Below, piece after piece: positions 52,195 through 64,000 of a DNA stretch of 64,000 nt. Both the position numbers and the translations under genes were made by a program. Source of the DNA: Macrostomum lignano (Eukaryota). The notes beneath the pieces are model-generated. The model ran no database searches. It was not told where the DNA came from and saw nothing but the letters and a program-made list of their open reading frames with translations. How positions within the stretch are numbered: the stretch's first letter is position 1; each line of letters begins with the position of its first letter. The stretch covers positions 62,001-126,000 of the forward strand of contig NIVC01002823.1 in NCBI GenBank assembly GCA_002269645.1, given 5' to 3'.

Positions 52195-54407
52195 TCTTCT
52201 TCTTCTTCTTCTTCGTCTTCAGCGCTCGCTTTACCGGCGCGGCGGCGCCGAGATTTGCGGGGGCCATCGCCCCATGCTCCGAAGGAGCGAGAGACATTTT
52301 CCCGGGTTCCGGAGGAGCTCCTCGTGATCGTTCCCGACCAGGGCCATCCGTCGAGCGTCTCCCCGGTGGCAGTGAAGTAGCGCATGGGCGCTGTCGTCGA
52401 GTTCTCCGCAGTCCGGGCACTGCGGATTATCGATCATACCGAATCGGTGCTGGGTCTCGGCGCAGAGCATCGTCATGCCTGCGCGAAGCTGGCACACCGC
52501 CGTTTGCTCCCGCCGGTCTCTCGCTTTGAAGTCCGGCCAGGGTTGCGGCAGGGTTTCTTTCTCCAGGGTCCGGCGATCGCGGCGAATGGCTGCTTTTGCG
52601 GCGTTGAAGGAGATGGGCACTTCCTCTTGGGGCAAGCCTCTTGCCATGCCGGCCGCGCGGTCCGCCGCTTCATTAAGGCTGATGCCGCAGTGGGCTGGCA
52701 CCCAGATTAGTTCTATGTCGGCCGTTTCGTTGATGTCTAGCATGTGGCGCCAGCAGTCCGTACCGGTCTTAGTCGCCTGGGCTAGTGGTCCGGCCCCTAG
52801 TGCTGTCAGTGACGATAAAGAGTCGCTACATAGGCGAATCTTCTTTTCGCTCGGGCTGCGGTTGTTCTTAATAAAAACCAGTGCTTCGCGGATGGCTATC
52901 ATTTCTGCGTCAAATGAGCTACAGATGATTCCGGCCGGGGCCTTGCGCACATGGCTCGCCAAGTTCGTGCAGGTTATAGCGGCGCTGCCGCCGGGTCCGG
53001 TGCCGTCCGCCACCGATCCGTCTGTCCACACGCTGATGTCAGCCTCAGGCAGTGACTGCAGAAACTCCGTTGCCGCCGCGCTCCGGGACTCCTGGGGGTC
53101 CGTGCGGCGGCATCGGGCCGAGATGTCCAGGCGGATGTTAATGTCCCGTGTGTCGCACTCCCACGGCGGGATGCCGGGGCTTACCGGGTCGCCTCTTTTG
53201 TGGGAATCCAATATGGCAACCGACGGCAGCTCCAGTGCCGCCCTCCTCCAGCAGTTCCGGAAGGGGCGGGTGGCGTCCCGCGGGTCGATGAGGTTCAGCG
53301 AGTTCGGCTGTGCTTCGTCGTCGGCGCCGCCGTCTCCGTGGGTGCGGCCGTGATCGCGTGCCAAAGCTTCGTAGGTACGGTTTTTCAGTCTAGGCCTGGT
53401 GTTCCGCAAGGCTACTTGTCCCGCCGAGACACTCGGGTCGAGTCTGAGGACTCTTTCCCTTAGGCGTGCCGCCCTCTCGGACGCGATGAATGAGAGCGGT
53501 GTGAGCCCGGCCAGTTGTAGGACTGAGCGGATGTTGGTCGGCATGATACATCCCGTAATCAGTCTCGCGCACGCGTTCTGCTGCTGTTCAATAGCTCGTC
53601 TGGTGGAGGGGGCGGCGCCGCATAGCCAGGTACCTGCGGCGTACTCGGCCACAGCGCGGACGGTACTGATGTAGGCTGTTCGGATCGTTTGTAGATCAGC
53701 TCCGGTGCTCCTGCCGGCCATCGCTGCGAGCGGTCGGCGTCTGGCGCACATCTTGGCGCGGACTGTCGCGGCGTGCTGCGCGAAATTGAGTTGACCGTCT
53801 AGGCGAACACCGAGGTAGTTCGGGGCTGGGTCAAAGGCTATTGGCTTGTCATCGATGAGCAGGTTGAGTCTCTTTTTGCCGTTTGATTCCTTTGCGTCCA
53901 GCGTGAAAGTGCCGTACACGCTCTTTTCCACGCTGAGCTCCACTTTCCATTCCTTGCACCACTGTGAGACGGCGTTCAGCGCGGGTTGCAGCTTCTCTTC
54001 ACATGTGTCCAGAGACCTGTTAGAGGTCAGGAGGGCGCTGTCATCGGCATAAAGTTTGATGGAAACACCCGCGGCGGCGTTTAGCACCGCATCAGCCAGA
54101 TCGTTGACGTAGACTAACCACAGTGTGGGGGCGAGCACCGACCCCTGTGGTAGTCCTTCCCGGAAGATGCGTTCTTTGCTGGTGCAGTCGCCGACGCGCA
54201 CGCGGGCTCTTCGGTCTGACAGGAAGGCCTTGATCCACCGGATGACGTCGGCTGGCACTCCCAAGTCTCGCAGCTTCGAGTAGAGAGCCGCCCTCCAGAC
54301 TCTGTCGTAAGCGCGGCTAAAATCAAGCAGGCAGAGCACTGACCTGATGTGCGGGGTGGCCTCGAGCTTGTCGAAAATCTCCTGGGAGATGTCGGCAATG
54401 AGCTCCT
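52195..54407 (-). mobile_element. 5'-truncated non-LTR retrotransposon (I-group-like) with partial RT, RNase H and CCHC motif, uninterrupted ORF
   Basis: LDFSRAYDRV, GLPQGSVLAP, YADD; RNase H motifs WTDGS, AEMIAI, SDSLS, WVPAHCG..NEAADRAA; CPDC..HALLHC. (GAA)n 3' tail. 13-bp TSD cgtttgaaaggct at 52182-52194 and 54408-54420. Confidence 0.95.
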
Positions 54408-54415
54408 CGTTTGAA

Positions 54416-54460
<45 letters not shown>

Positions 54461-54961
54461 ATGATGCTCAAAGTGGCCGATCACCTCGGACCGGGGTCCG
54501 CGTCGGTACGATGTCAAACTGCCGCGAATGGTTGCCCTGGCAACGGCTGCCGGGTCGCGCTCGCCATTAAAGTAGTGATGCCCTGCCCGGCTGCTCAGGT
54601 GCTCATTGATGGTGCCTCGCCACCAGCCCGCCGTGTGCCGCCCTGAGCCGCCCACGCTGACAGCTCGAGTGAACTGCTGCCGACTGTCCGCTGGGGGCAC
54701 CGGCGGCTCCTCCCGCTGGCGTTGAATCCCTCGGGACAGCAGCTCGGACAGGTCGGCAGCGTCGGTGACAGCTTCGGCCAGCTTCAGCAGCGTTGGCCGG
54801 CGCTGGCTGACGGCGCTGGCAGCTGATGCCGCTGTTGTCCGATTGCCATGGCCCGAGCTGCTGCTACTGCTGGCTGCAAGCTCGTTCGGAACTTCGTCCA
54901 GCAACGAGTTATCATCCAAACCGTCTGCGACCGCTGCTGCTGGTGCTGCTGCCGTCGGCAC
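54323..54961 (-). CDS. Last coding exon of an uncharacterised A/S/Q/H-rich protein, now terminating inside the retrotransposon
   Basis: Acceptor caaag|GTG at 54961; GC-rich ORF with poly-H/poly-Q; 54323-54407 is element-derived. Confidence 0.7.
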
Positions 54962-55368
54962 CTTTGGTTGGGTAAGGATGCTGCATTGCTTACTTATAGC
55001 TGTGGTATCTTGTACTGGCTTTGTCTCTTCTATGCTCTAAGTTTCTGTCTGGATTTAGTCCATGAGGATGTCTGGATGAATTGGTTTGGCCCTAATGGTG
55101 TTGGATGCTTAGTTGGATCTTTTGATAGGACTTTCTGCTTTGGTGAACTTTACTAAGGCTTTTGATTCCTTGAACTTTGTCCTGTAGTTCATTGGTTTGG
55201 TCCATGCTACACTCGCAACCCGTGCAGAAATCACTAGAGACGGGTTTCGCTGCAAAAAACTGCATTGTCAAGTTAGGAAGCTGGCAATTAGTAAACTTTC
55301 GAATGGCGAGAAGGCGAAAATGTTGAAAACTTCCAACACCAGCCTCCAGATAAATTTACACGATTTAC

Positions 55369-55668
55369 GAGTGTAGAGTCCTTCAAATTGAGCTGTTCGT
55401 GCATCAGCCTCCTTACTGCATTTTGCTTTGATGTTGCCGCCAGTGCTGCCGAACTGCGGGCCGCTCGGGCATCGGTTGAGACTGGCAGATGAAGCCGTCG
55501 GTGCGGCTTCGAGTTCGCCGACTGCAGCTTCACTGTGGCGGCGCGTCGGTGCCCGCTGTCGAAGCGGTCGTCTGTAAAGGCGGCATTGTCGAATGCCGGA
55601 TATCGGCGAGGATCGTAGATGGCAAAGAAGGCCACCGAGGACGATGGAGACGGGGCTGATGAAGCCAT
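55369..55668 (-). CDS. Probable first coding exon of the same host gene
   Basis: cccATGG start; MASSAPSPSSSVAFFAIYDPRRYPAFDN...; candidate donor CTC|gtaaat in phase 0 matches the 54961 acceptor. Confidence 0.55.
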
Positions 55669-56885
55669 GGGTTCTGCTTGAGTAGGCGGAAATGTCACAA
55701 GTTACGTTTCTTCGCTAGAAAGTTTTGCTCCGAGAACTGCTCAGGACTAAGAGCACAGCTACACTCAGACTACAGGAGCGGAAGGCAGCCGGTGTTTCTG
55801 TGGATTTCTAGAGACTCGAACAGCGGCTATACTGCAGCAATGCGCAGAGGGCTGGGGTGGTCGCGCTGGTGGCAGAGGCGGGCTTTCAATGCAGCAAGTT
55901 GGGGGAATAAATTGGCTGTGCGATCGATATCCTTGAGGAGGTTGCGCGGCGCCGGGCCACCCCTCTCTCTCTCTCCTTTTCTTTCTCTCTGACTCTTCCC
56001 TTAGCTGGTGTGTGATGTGAGTCACTCGCCCAAGCCAAAGAAAGACCGAGAGGTTTTACTGCAGATTAGACTCGCCCGCCGAGGCACGAAACTAATGTCA
56101 AGACGCTAAATGTATCCCAACTTCTACGCTTTGCGTCGAAATTAGTCGATAAACTGCAAAATTTACGTTTAATACTGGGAAAGCCATTCGTGCATTTGGC
56201 CTGCTTTTCATGACTAAATTATGGCAGAAAGTTTTGCAAAAACTTCAATGCATTTGACTGTAACAGTTGGAGTATACTCGTAGAATCGATCTTATTTCAT
56301 ACACTGATTCTGTTTTTGTTGTTGGTGGTGGTGTTTTTGTTGTTGTTGTTTTACTTGTTTTTTTATTACTGTTGTTGCTGTCTCGACGTTGTTTTACGCT
56401 CGTAGTTGTTTCAGTTGTTGTTGTTGTTGTTGTTGTTGCTGTTTTTGTCCAGCAACTTGCTTTAACAGACCGAAAAATATGAAGGAAATTAACAGTACCG
56501 ATGCTCGTCTCTTAGATTGTAACAGCCAATTCAAAGTTCTTAAGCGTATTTTTTTAATTGTTACGTCACCAGCCAATAAGATGTCTTTATTTAAACAGAA
56601 ACATGCAATTCTGTATAAAAGAATTGCTATAACGGGTACTTGTAAGTGTAAGAAAAGGTCCGGATTCGGGGACAACCAGCCAACAGGTCACCATTACATC
56701 TGAATCAGAGTGGTCTAAAACTGTGTGCAAATCAAGACAGGTGAGAATAAATACTGATACTGAGGCCGCTGAAGTGCGTCCGAGCGGCCGCTTGGAGAGT
56801 TGTGGCCAGAGTTGGCTTAAAGCTGCCACTTGGTGACCACTGGTTTCGAAGTGGAAAATCTAACATGCTTATACACTTATGTCAA

Positions 56886-57120
56886 GGGGTTGTAGCCTTT
56901 TAGTCAGAGCGTCGGACTCTGGACAGAAAGTTCGGGAGTTCGATTCTCGACCCACAATCGGAACAATTTGTATCCTTGAGCAAGATTCTTAACTCTGCAT
57001 TGCTTCAGTTCACCCGGCTGTAAAAATGGGTGCCAGCATTAGCTGGGCTAATTGAGGGTGGGCATGACAACCCCCAGTCCTTGGACTGAACAGCCGTACG
57101 CAGCCTTCAGATGCGCCGCG
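56886..57120 (+). mobile_element. tRNA-derived SINE with a CORE-like central domain
   Basis: A-box-like TAGCCTTTTAG and B-box GTTCGATTC, followed by tgtatccttgagcaagattcttaactctgcattgcttcagttcacccggctgtaaaaatggg, resembling the remembered MIR/CORE consensus. 3' end approximate. Confidence 0.72.
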
Positions 57121-57238
57121 CAATAGCTGCGGCTGAGCTGTCAGTTGCACATCTAGTCCAGTTGGGCCATGGACCCTTCCCGCAGGGGTGGATCACACTT
57201 CAATGATGCTGAGTGTATACGGGTATTTTTGAATATCT

Positions 57239-57982
57239 ATGGCAGAAACTATAACGGGAATCGCCTACGCCTACGTAAGATCCTATTCCAACACGCGGCT
57301 TCCATCGGAAGACGATACTCAAGCCTCAAGCATGGCAGGAAATTTCAGCTCGATCGTAGAAACCGGCCTGTTGTCAATTGTTTGCATCATTCTGCGCACC
57401 CTGAGACGAACTTCTCATTTAATATTGGTGCACGTCAGCTGGCTGGTGTCACTAGCTGAGCTGCTGCTGGCTACAGCCATTAGCGGTCAGTGCAGCTTCT
57501 ACCTGGGCTCCATGCAGTGGCACCTGGTGCAGACAGCCGGTCTGTTCGGCCTGCTGGGCGCCTTGGAGTTCTCCGGCTGGCTGGACAGGCCCAGTCTGCT
57601 GTGCAGGCTGCCCAGCTTCCCAGCCTGGCTGACTCACAATCTGTCGAGAAGGCAAGAATTTCTGCTGGACCCAATTGTGCAGTCCATTGTTGAACGCGGC
57701 TCTGTTGCTGGGGCCGGAAGTGTGTTGCTAAGCAGTAGTCTGAGCAGCGCTGATCAGCGACGCCTGGCCCAGATGTTCCTTTTGTTTTATCTGACGCTGC
57801 TTGCGTGGGTCTGCGGCAAGGGTTGTGTTTTCATCTATTTGTATTACTCGCGATGCGATTATATTGTTAATGCGCTAGATGGCTTTGCTTGCGGTTACTT
57901 GCGCACTTCGTTGCCGGCAATTTTCACGGCATCAGTTATTGTAAGGCTTGTTATGTTTGTCTTCTGTATTTTGCCTGTTTGA
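57239..57982 (+). CDS. Uncharacterised 247-aa multi-pass membrane protein
   Basis: tctATGG start after an in-frame stop; several hydrophobic segments; AATAAA near 58077. No family recognised. Confidence 0.5.
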   Translation: MAETITGIAYAYVRSYSNTRLPSEDDTQASSMAGNFSSIVETGLLSIVCIILRTLRRTSHLILVHVSWLVSLAELLLATAISGQCSFYLGSMQWHLVQTAGLFGLLGALEFSGWLDRPSLLCRLPSFPAWLTHNLSRRQEFLLDPIVQSIVERGSVAGAGSVLLSSSLSSADQRRLAQMFLLFYLTLLAWVCGKGCVFIYLYYSRCDYIVNALDGFACGYLRTSLPAIFTASVIVRLVMFVFCILPV

Positions 57983-58824
57983 TTTAAACTGTTAGGTGCA
58001 TTCCTATGTGTACTGTAATATTATTTGATAGATTAAATTGATAAATTCTGTTTGAATTACGTAGATGCATGTTCGAATAATAAATATGTTCACTATTATT
58101 TGTTATCAAGTCGAATAATGCAGTCAAAAGTACTTGTCTCGCTACATCCGTTAATTAGATCCAATAATTACTGCATGTAGTCACCTCTCCAGTCACAGAG
58201 ATTTCTTTCTTTAGCTGTAACTTTAGACTAAATTCAAGTACAAAGGATGAATTAAGTTGATATACATGTATCTATTTGATGTCAACTGAATCTCTACGAC
58301 TTGCGTGAATGTTTTTACCAATGCTACATATACACAAAATGGAAAAAAGTCCATGGAGTGGTTAGTGGATTTCTAAATCGAACTTTACTTTATTGGCACT
58401 GGCCACCTTATACTAGGCGATCCCAATCGTATTTGCCCGACTATTTTTTAATTTTTCTAGTAAATTAAAAAACTTACAGAAAGTACGATTACAACTGCAA
58501 TGTTTTTATCTTTATGTAAAAGTTTTTCAGTTTCGAATTTGTTTAAATTGTTGACATGACTTTTGTTACCGTTTGTAAGTTTAATTTGGAATTTTTCTTG
58601 CATTTTAAATATTAACGGCCGGGCTTTTGCAGTTATCTTTACCTTTAGGCTTTGCTTCTCATCGATTAATGAAATGGAGCCTAAATTTATCCTTGTCGTT
58701 TGCTATATTATCATATTATATTATATTATCATAAAGTTTTGAAGTTACTTCTAGTGGCAGTTTTAAACCAGTTACATTACATGCATACAAAGCTTGCCTT
58801 ACATGTAGTGTGGGTAATGGCTAG

Positions 58825-59097
58825 CTAGAGTTCTGGCACCGGAACCTGTTTTCTAATGGCTATGTTCGGCAGTCTTCTACAGGCAGTTATCTACTAATGA
58901 AGTCTTTGAACATTAGAAGTATTTTGTTTTGAATCTCATCGTTTCGTTTTGATCTTATATTGAACATTTCCCAATATCAACCACCCGTTAAAAAAAGTAT
59001 TTTTTTTTCTGCTATATTACACCCATAAATTACACTACTGGAATACCACTGCCGGATCCATAGCCGTTAGAAATGGGTTCCGGTGCCGGAACTCTAG
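58825..59097. mobile_element. MITE, about 270 bp, with about 50-bp TIRs
   Basis: Left ctagagttctggcaccggaacctgttttctaatggctatgttcggcagt vs reverse complement of right ctagagttccggcaccggaacccatttctaacggctatggatccggcagt; AT-rich interior; possible TA TSD. Confidence 0.82.
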
Positions 59098-59926
59098 CCA
59101 TTGCCTGTAGTGTGGCTGCCAAGTCAATTTTTTGTCTCTTATTTTTGTCGTCGTCATTTATATTGTGGTAAAGAGGAGGCAAATTTAAACCTTGATACTA
59201 CTTTCTTTTTTTATTTTGTTGTAGTTACATTGTTTTTGACGCCAGTTATATGGTTATTGGCTTCCTTTTTTAATTCTAGTTTAATCATGTCCATGACAGA
59301 GAGTTTTACCAACTTTAATCACATTGGCTGATCCATCCAATTTAAAGAAAATATCCAGATTTTATGATTTTATCAGGAAAAACCGTGCGAAATAGAAAAT
59401 AGAATTTAGTTTTTTATTGTAACGAAAATTGCACAAGCATTGACTGGCTTGATTAGAAGATAGAACTAAAAATTATAATTTTTGCTATGCAAATGTCTTG
59501 TCTTGCATTGAGGATTTAGAAGAATTCATAAAGTATTGCTGACTGCATTCAAAACAGAAAGCAAGTTGGATATTGTAGTTGAATTTTTGACAGTCAATTA
59601 AAATAAAAGCCAATAGATATGCTATATCTATATAGTATTTTATGATTAATTCTAATGAGAGTTGATTATAAACTTAGAGAAGCTTTGTCTTCTTTGGAAA
59701 TATACACACGACACTTATTTCAGTGTACAGTTGAATCTAAATTTTAACTTTGTATTTTTTTTAAATAAAAACATCTTTTATTCCACATATCCTATTAAAA
59801 AGGCTGTCCTATTAAAAATATGAAGGCTTCAAATGTTGAAAACTTAGTTTAAAGCATGTCTGGACGTTGCTATGCGTGAAAGTCACTTTTAAAAATATAT
59901 TGCATGCCAATTTTCAAGCCATCCAA

Positions 59927-60331
59927 ATGGCAGCCGAAGCGGGAGCCAGCAGTTTTATGCTAAATGTGTGTGGTCAAATTGAAAGCGTCGAGTTGCCCCA
60001 CTATGACTACATCTTCCTGATCTACCAGTTCGTCCACGGCGACGACTGGGAGCGAGTGCTGGGCCTGGAAGAGGGCGTCTCCCAGCTGTCCAGCAAGTCT
60101 GCCGACGTCCGCGGCCTCCACGCCTTCGCTTTCCCGGTGGAGGTCACGTTTAAGTCCACGAATCCGCACGGCTGGCCGCAGCTGGTGGTCACCGCTCTGG
60201 GCACCGACATCTGGGGAAACCAGGTGGTGCGCGGCTACTCCGTCTGCCACCTGCCGATGCAGCCGGGCCGCGTCACTAAGCGGGTGCCGCTGTTCGCGCC
60301 TCAGTCCAGCTCGCTGATGAGCAAGCTGCAG
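59927..60331 (+). CDS. B9D1: B9 domain-containing protein 1 (ciliary transition zone), exon 1
   Basis: GQIESVELP, GLEEGVSQLSSKS, FPVEVTFKSTNPHGWPQLV, VRGY match B9D1/MKSR1 motifs; donor CAG|gtatgt, phase 0. Confidence 0.93.
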
Positions 60332-60339
60332 GTATGTTA

Positions 60340-61000
<661 letters not shown>

Positions 61001-61052
61001 TCAATGTCAAACCAGCGATATAATCAACAATATTTCTTCTCGCGCACCGCAG

Positions 61053-61244
61053 GGCCTGATGCAATCGGAGCACCCCCTGTACACTGACCCGAAGATTCTG
61101 GGTCAGGGCCAGGGTCGGCAGGTGACCCGGGTCCGCAGCCTGGGTCAGATGACCCTCAATTTCAGCACCAGCATGAAGAACACCCGGGCACTCGGCTATC
61201 AGCTGCTGCCTGGAGAGAACTTCGGTGCAGCGGCTGCCATGTAA
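61053..61244 (+). CDS. B9D1: B9D1 exon 2
   Basis: Acceptor ccgcag|GGC; YTDPKILGQGQGRQVTRVRSLG...LGY matches the B9D1 C-terminal motif. Confidence 0.92.
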   Translation, partial: GLMQSEHPLYTDPKILGQGQGRQVTRVRSLGQMTLNFSTSMKNTRALGYQLLPGENFGAAAAM

Positions 61245-61889
61245 ACTGGAATAGATTTCTCTTCCATGCGCGTTTTTACTACCGTTAATAATATTAGCGA
61301 TTATAATCGAATAGCGATTCTGCTGTTTTATTCACTGTTTTCTGCACCTTAAATTTTATTACTTATCTGCAATCAGGCTCTGGGAGCAATATAGGCTCGT
61401 AAAGCGACAAGCATATTTTTTGTTTTGTTTACGCATCCATAACTGTATGCGAGCTCTACTCGTAGATTTTAAACATTTCCAATGTTGGACCCCAGATTTT
61501 TAACCTTATGTGTTGCTTAAAAAGTTTTTTTCAAATCGTTGCAATCCTGATATAGGTTTGGCCATTTCCCATGCTTGTTTATCGCAAATTCTTAAGCTTT
61601 CATAACTGATTGATATTGAATTACTAGCTAAATATATATATATATATGAAACGCTTCAATGAACTCAGTTTTAGACGTTTTCGTGCTTAAAGAATTATGG
61701 ATTTCATGCTTGATTTTAAGGCGGCTTTGTGCTTTGACGAAGCAACACAAAAACTGTGTTATTGACAAACATAAACAAAACCGTACACTGCAGTCGTAGC
61801 AGTCGTAGCCTGTACTATGGTAATCCTAATGGCCTAAACACAACAAAACTCAACAAAATACGTTGTCAATCAGTCAGCAGACAACGTCA

Positions 61890-62345
61890 TAAGGCGCGTT
61901 TTCAAGGCCTGGGCGCGAACGTAGGCCGCACCGCCGGCAGCGTCCAGGTCTCGGCGTTGTACAACAGACGGTCTCGATCACCGCCTGGAACAACGCCGCT
62001 CTCTGGCGGTCGGACAGGGGTCTCGGACTGCAGGACTGTCCTCACAGAGCGAAAGGCAGCCCAGGCAAGTCCACGGCGACGTCGCAGGTCCTCGCAAACG
62101 TCAGGCACCAGACCGCTGAGGTAGACGAACTGCTGACAGCACGGAAGCTTCGTCACCTGCCCGTCAGCGCCACGGCAGAAAATTGCAGCCTCAATGTCGT
62201 CCGGCACGCAGAGCACGACAGTCTTCTGCGTGTTGACCACCAGGCCGACGCTCGCTGGCGCTGGGCGGCGCTCACCGGTTGGCGTTGACCCACGCGTCGC
62301 TGCAGCTGGAAGCCGTCGTCGTTAGAAGGGAGAGCAGTCCGCAGC
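61890..62345 (-). mobile_element. Decayed RTE-like non-LTR retrotransposon fragment (RT C-terminal region, frameshifted)
   Basis: GLVVNTQKT, FVYLSG, DLRRRRGLAWAAF, then in shifted frames LFQAVIET and LLYNAETWTL. No TSD seen. Confidence 0.75.
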
Positions 62346-63116
62346 ACTCAGTCAAGCACCAGAACGAACAGGAACGGCGCAAGCGTATCTCCCTGAAGCA
62401 CCCTAGAGGATGTCTCAAAGAAATCCGGTAGGTTTTCCGGTGTTAGCACAGCAGCGTTCGTGCCATGATACAGCGCCATGACGGCGGAAATCACACAGAT
62501 GACAAATCACAGAAACAAAGTAATTTGTATCACCTTTGTTGGCTAGCTAGGTGAATCTGTAATCTATGCAATAGCTAAATAAAAACATGTATGAAGACTG
62601 TTAATTAATAACGAAAAGCACCTACAGACATGGTATTGTCTCTGAGTAGTCTGCAAGCAATGATCTCGCATTTACAGAAGGCCATCGACTATTTTGAGCA
62701 GCTCTCCAATCTGTCTGGCCCCGCTTTTGTACGGCAATCAATTGTGGACTCCAGTTTATGGCGGGGAAATCATGAGGGTGATGGAGAGGGAGAGGCGTGG
62801 GAGAGAGAAACTACGGGTAGGAAAGCCGCGGGGAAAAGTTCAGATCAGCTCATCTCTTCATCAACTTTAGCCTGACCCGTAAGATCCGCTGATCCCCCAC
62901 CCGTGCAATCCCCTGATGGGCTGAATCTGCGCCTTCTCGGATCCCCCCGTCCATTCTCAAGGGTTACCGCGTCCCCGTGCGTCGCTCTGATTGGCGGTTG
63001 CCAATGACAACTAAAAATCTCCCCAGTCTCAAGCCTTCTAAAGACAATTGTTCTCAAGGGTTCAGGTTCAGGCCCTCATTTCCCCGCTGAGCCAATTCAC
63101 CGCTTTGGGCTCGGCG

Positions 63117-63512
63117 ATGTCTAGCCAAAGAAGCAGCCAGGACGGCAAGAAATACGCAGCCAAAGATGTCAGCAAAGAGGCGTTCAAAACGGAAAAGAAG
63201 CAGAATTTGCGAGTAGAGAGGGACCAGTTCAACTACAAGTCGCAGAAACCGGACGCGAAAAAGCAGCAACCGCAGCAGCAGCAACCACCGCCATCACATC
63301 CGCAAAACCAGCAACCGCAAGAGCAACAGCCACCGCAGTCACATCCGCAGAAGCAGCAACCGCAAAAGCAGCAACCACAGCAGCAGCAGCCACCGCCGCC
63401 GCCGCTACATCCGCAGAAGCAGCCTCAGCAACAGCAGCTGTACTCTGACAACTGGGACGCCGAAATCAATAAGGATTTGGAGAGACTGAAGCGCTTCGGA
63501 CTAAAAGATTAG
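63117..63512 (+). CDS. Small Q/P-rich uncharacterised protein, or last exon of a gene
   Basis: gcgATG in ORF 63048-63512; K-rich start, QP repeats, terminal DNWDAEINKDLERLKRFGLKD; acceptor-like ttcag sites upstream; AATAAA near 63578. Confidence 0.55.
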   Translation: MSSQRSSQDGKKYAAKDVSKEAFKTEKKQNLRVERDQFNYKSQKPDAKKQQPQQQQPPPSHPQNQQPQEQQPPQSHPQKQQPQKQQPQQQQPPPPPLHPQKQPQQQQLYSDNWDAEINKDLERLKRFGLKD

Positions 63513-64000
63513 GATCTGCTAATGCTGATCTGAAGGATCCAGCAGCGATTAGGATCGAATCCAGGATTGATTTTTTCAATAAAAGTGCAGCAAGCCATGC
63601 TGCAGATGATAGAAATATCATCCAAGCCTTACTAGCGTACTGTATATTTGCCTAGCTATAATTTTTATTGGAAGATATTGTTTCACTTTTATACAAACTG
63701 AGATCCTATTCCATTATCACCTTTCACTCGCAAATAAAAGTCGCCATAAAAATGCAATCTCGCAAAAAAATTTTTCGTTTTGTAACAGACAATTGGCTTT
63801 TAAACAATAGGATTTCTGAATTGTAGACTGGCAAGCTTGAGGCCAGGTGCCTTTTTATTTCCATTGTTTCGTTTTGCATTCAGATGGAACGGCTGGCGAT
63901 TCCGTGCCAGGCCAATTAATTTGGGGCATCGGTTCTCGCCCATGACGGCCAACCCCCAAGGTACAGAGAGTGTACAGTACATGCCTGAATATGACCAAGC

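Noticed and set aside
54408-54471. Apparent MSIIIIISSSS N-terminus of the RT ORF
   Set aside because: It lies outside the TSD, is an alternate frame of the host CAT/CAG repeat, and begins at TTG with a stop three codons upstream.

Overview
Eukaryotic, intron-containing, repeat-rich DNA. GC-rich exons with poly-Q/A/S tracts and abundant minisatellites suggest an invertebrate such as the flatworm Macrostomum, but this is an unverified inference. Recognisable genes: the first four coding exons of an L-type (Cav1) calcium channel alpha-1 subunit (minus strand, running off the left edge), a two-exon NKAIN gene with a long low-complexity tail, and a two-exon B9D1. Unnamed genes: a three-exon type I membrane protein (Ig-like domain, Thr-rich stalk, TM, coiled-coil tail), a 475-aa disordered ORF, a multi-TM ORF, a Q/P-rich small ORF, and a gene whose last codons are interrupted by a retrotransposon. 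Mobile DNA: a young 5'-truncated RT-RNase H non-LTR element with a 13-bp TSD; a 5.6-kb non-autonomous CAC...GTG DNA element inside a (TG)n tract carrying about six 662-bp tandem units; a MITE; two tRNA-derived SINE-like elements (one with a CORE-like domain); and a decayed RTE-like fragment. More than a dozen micro- and minisatellite arrays are present, and most long ORFs in the supplied track are artefacts of them. All calls were made by eye, with no database searches.
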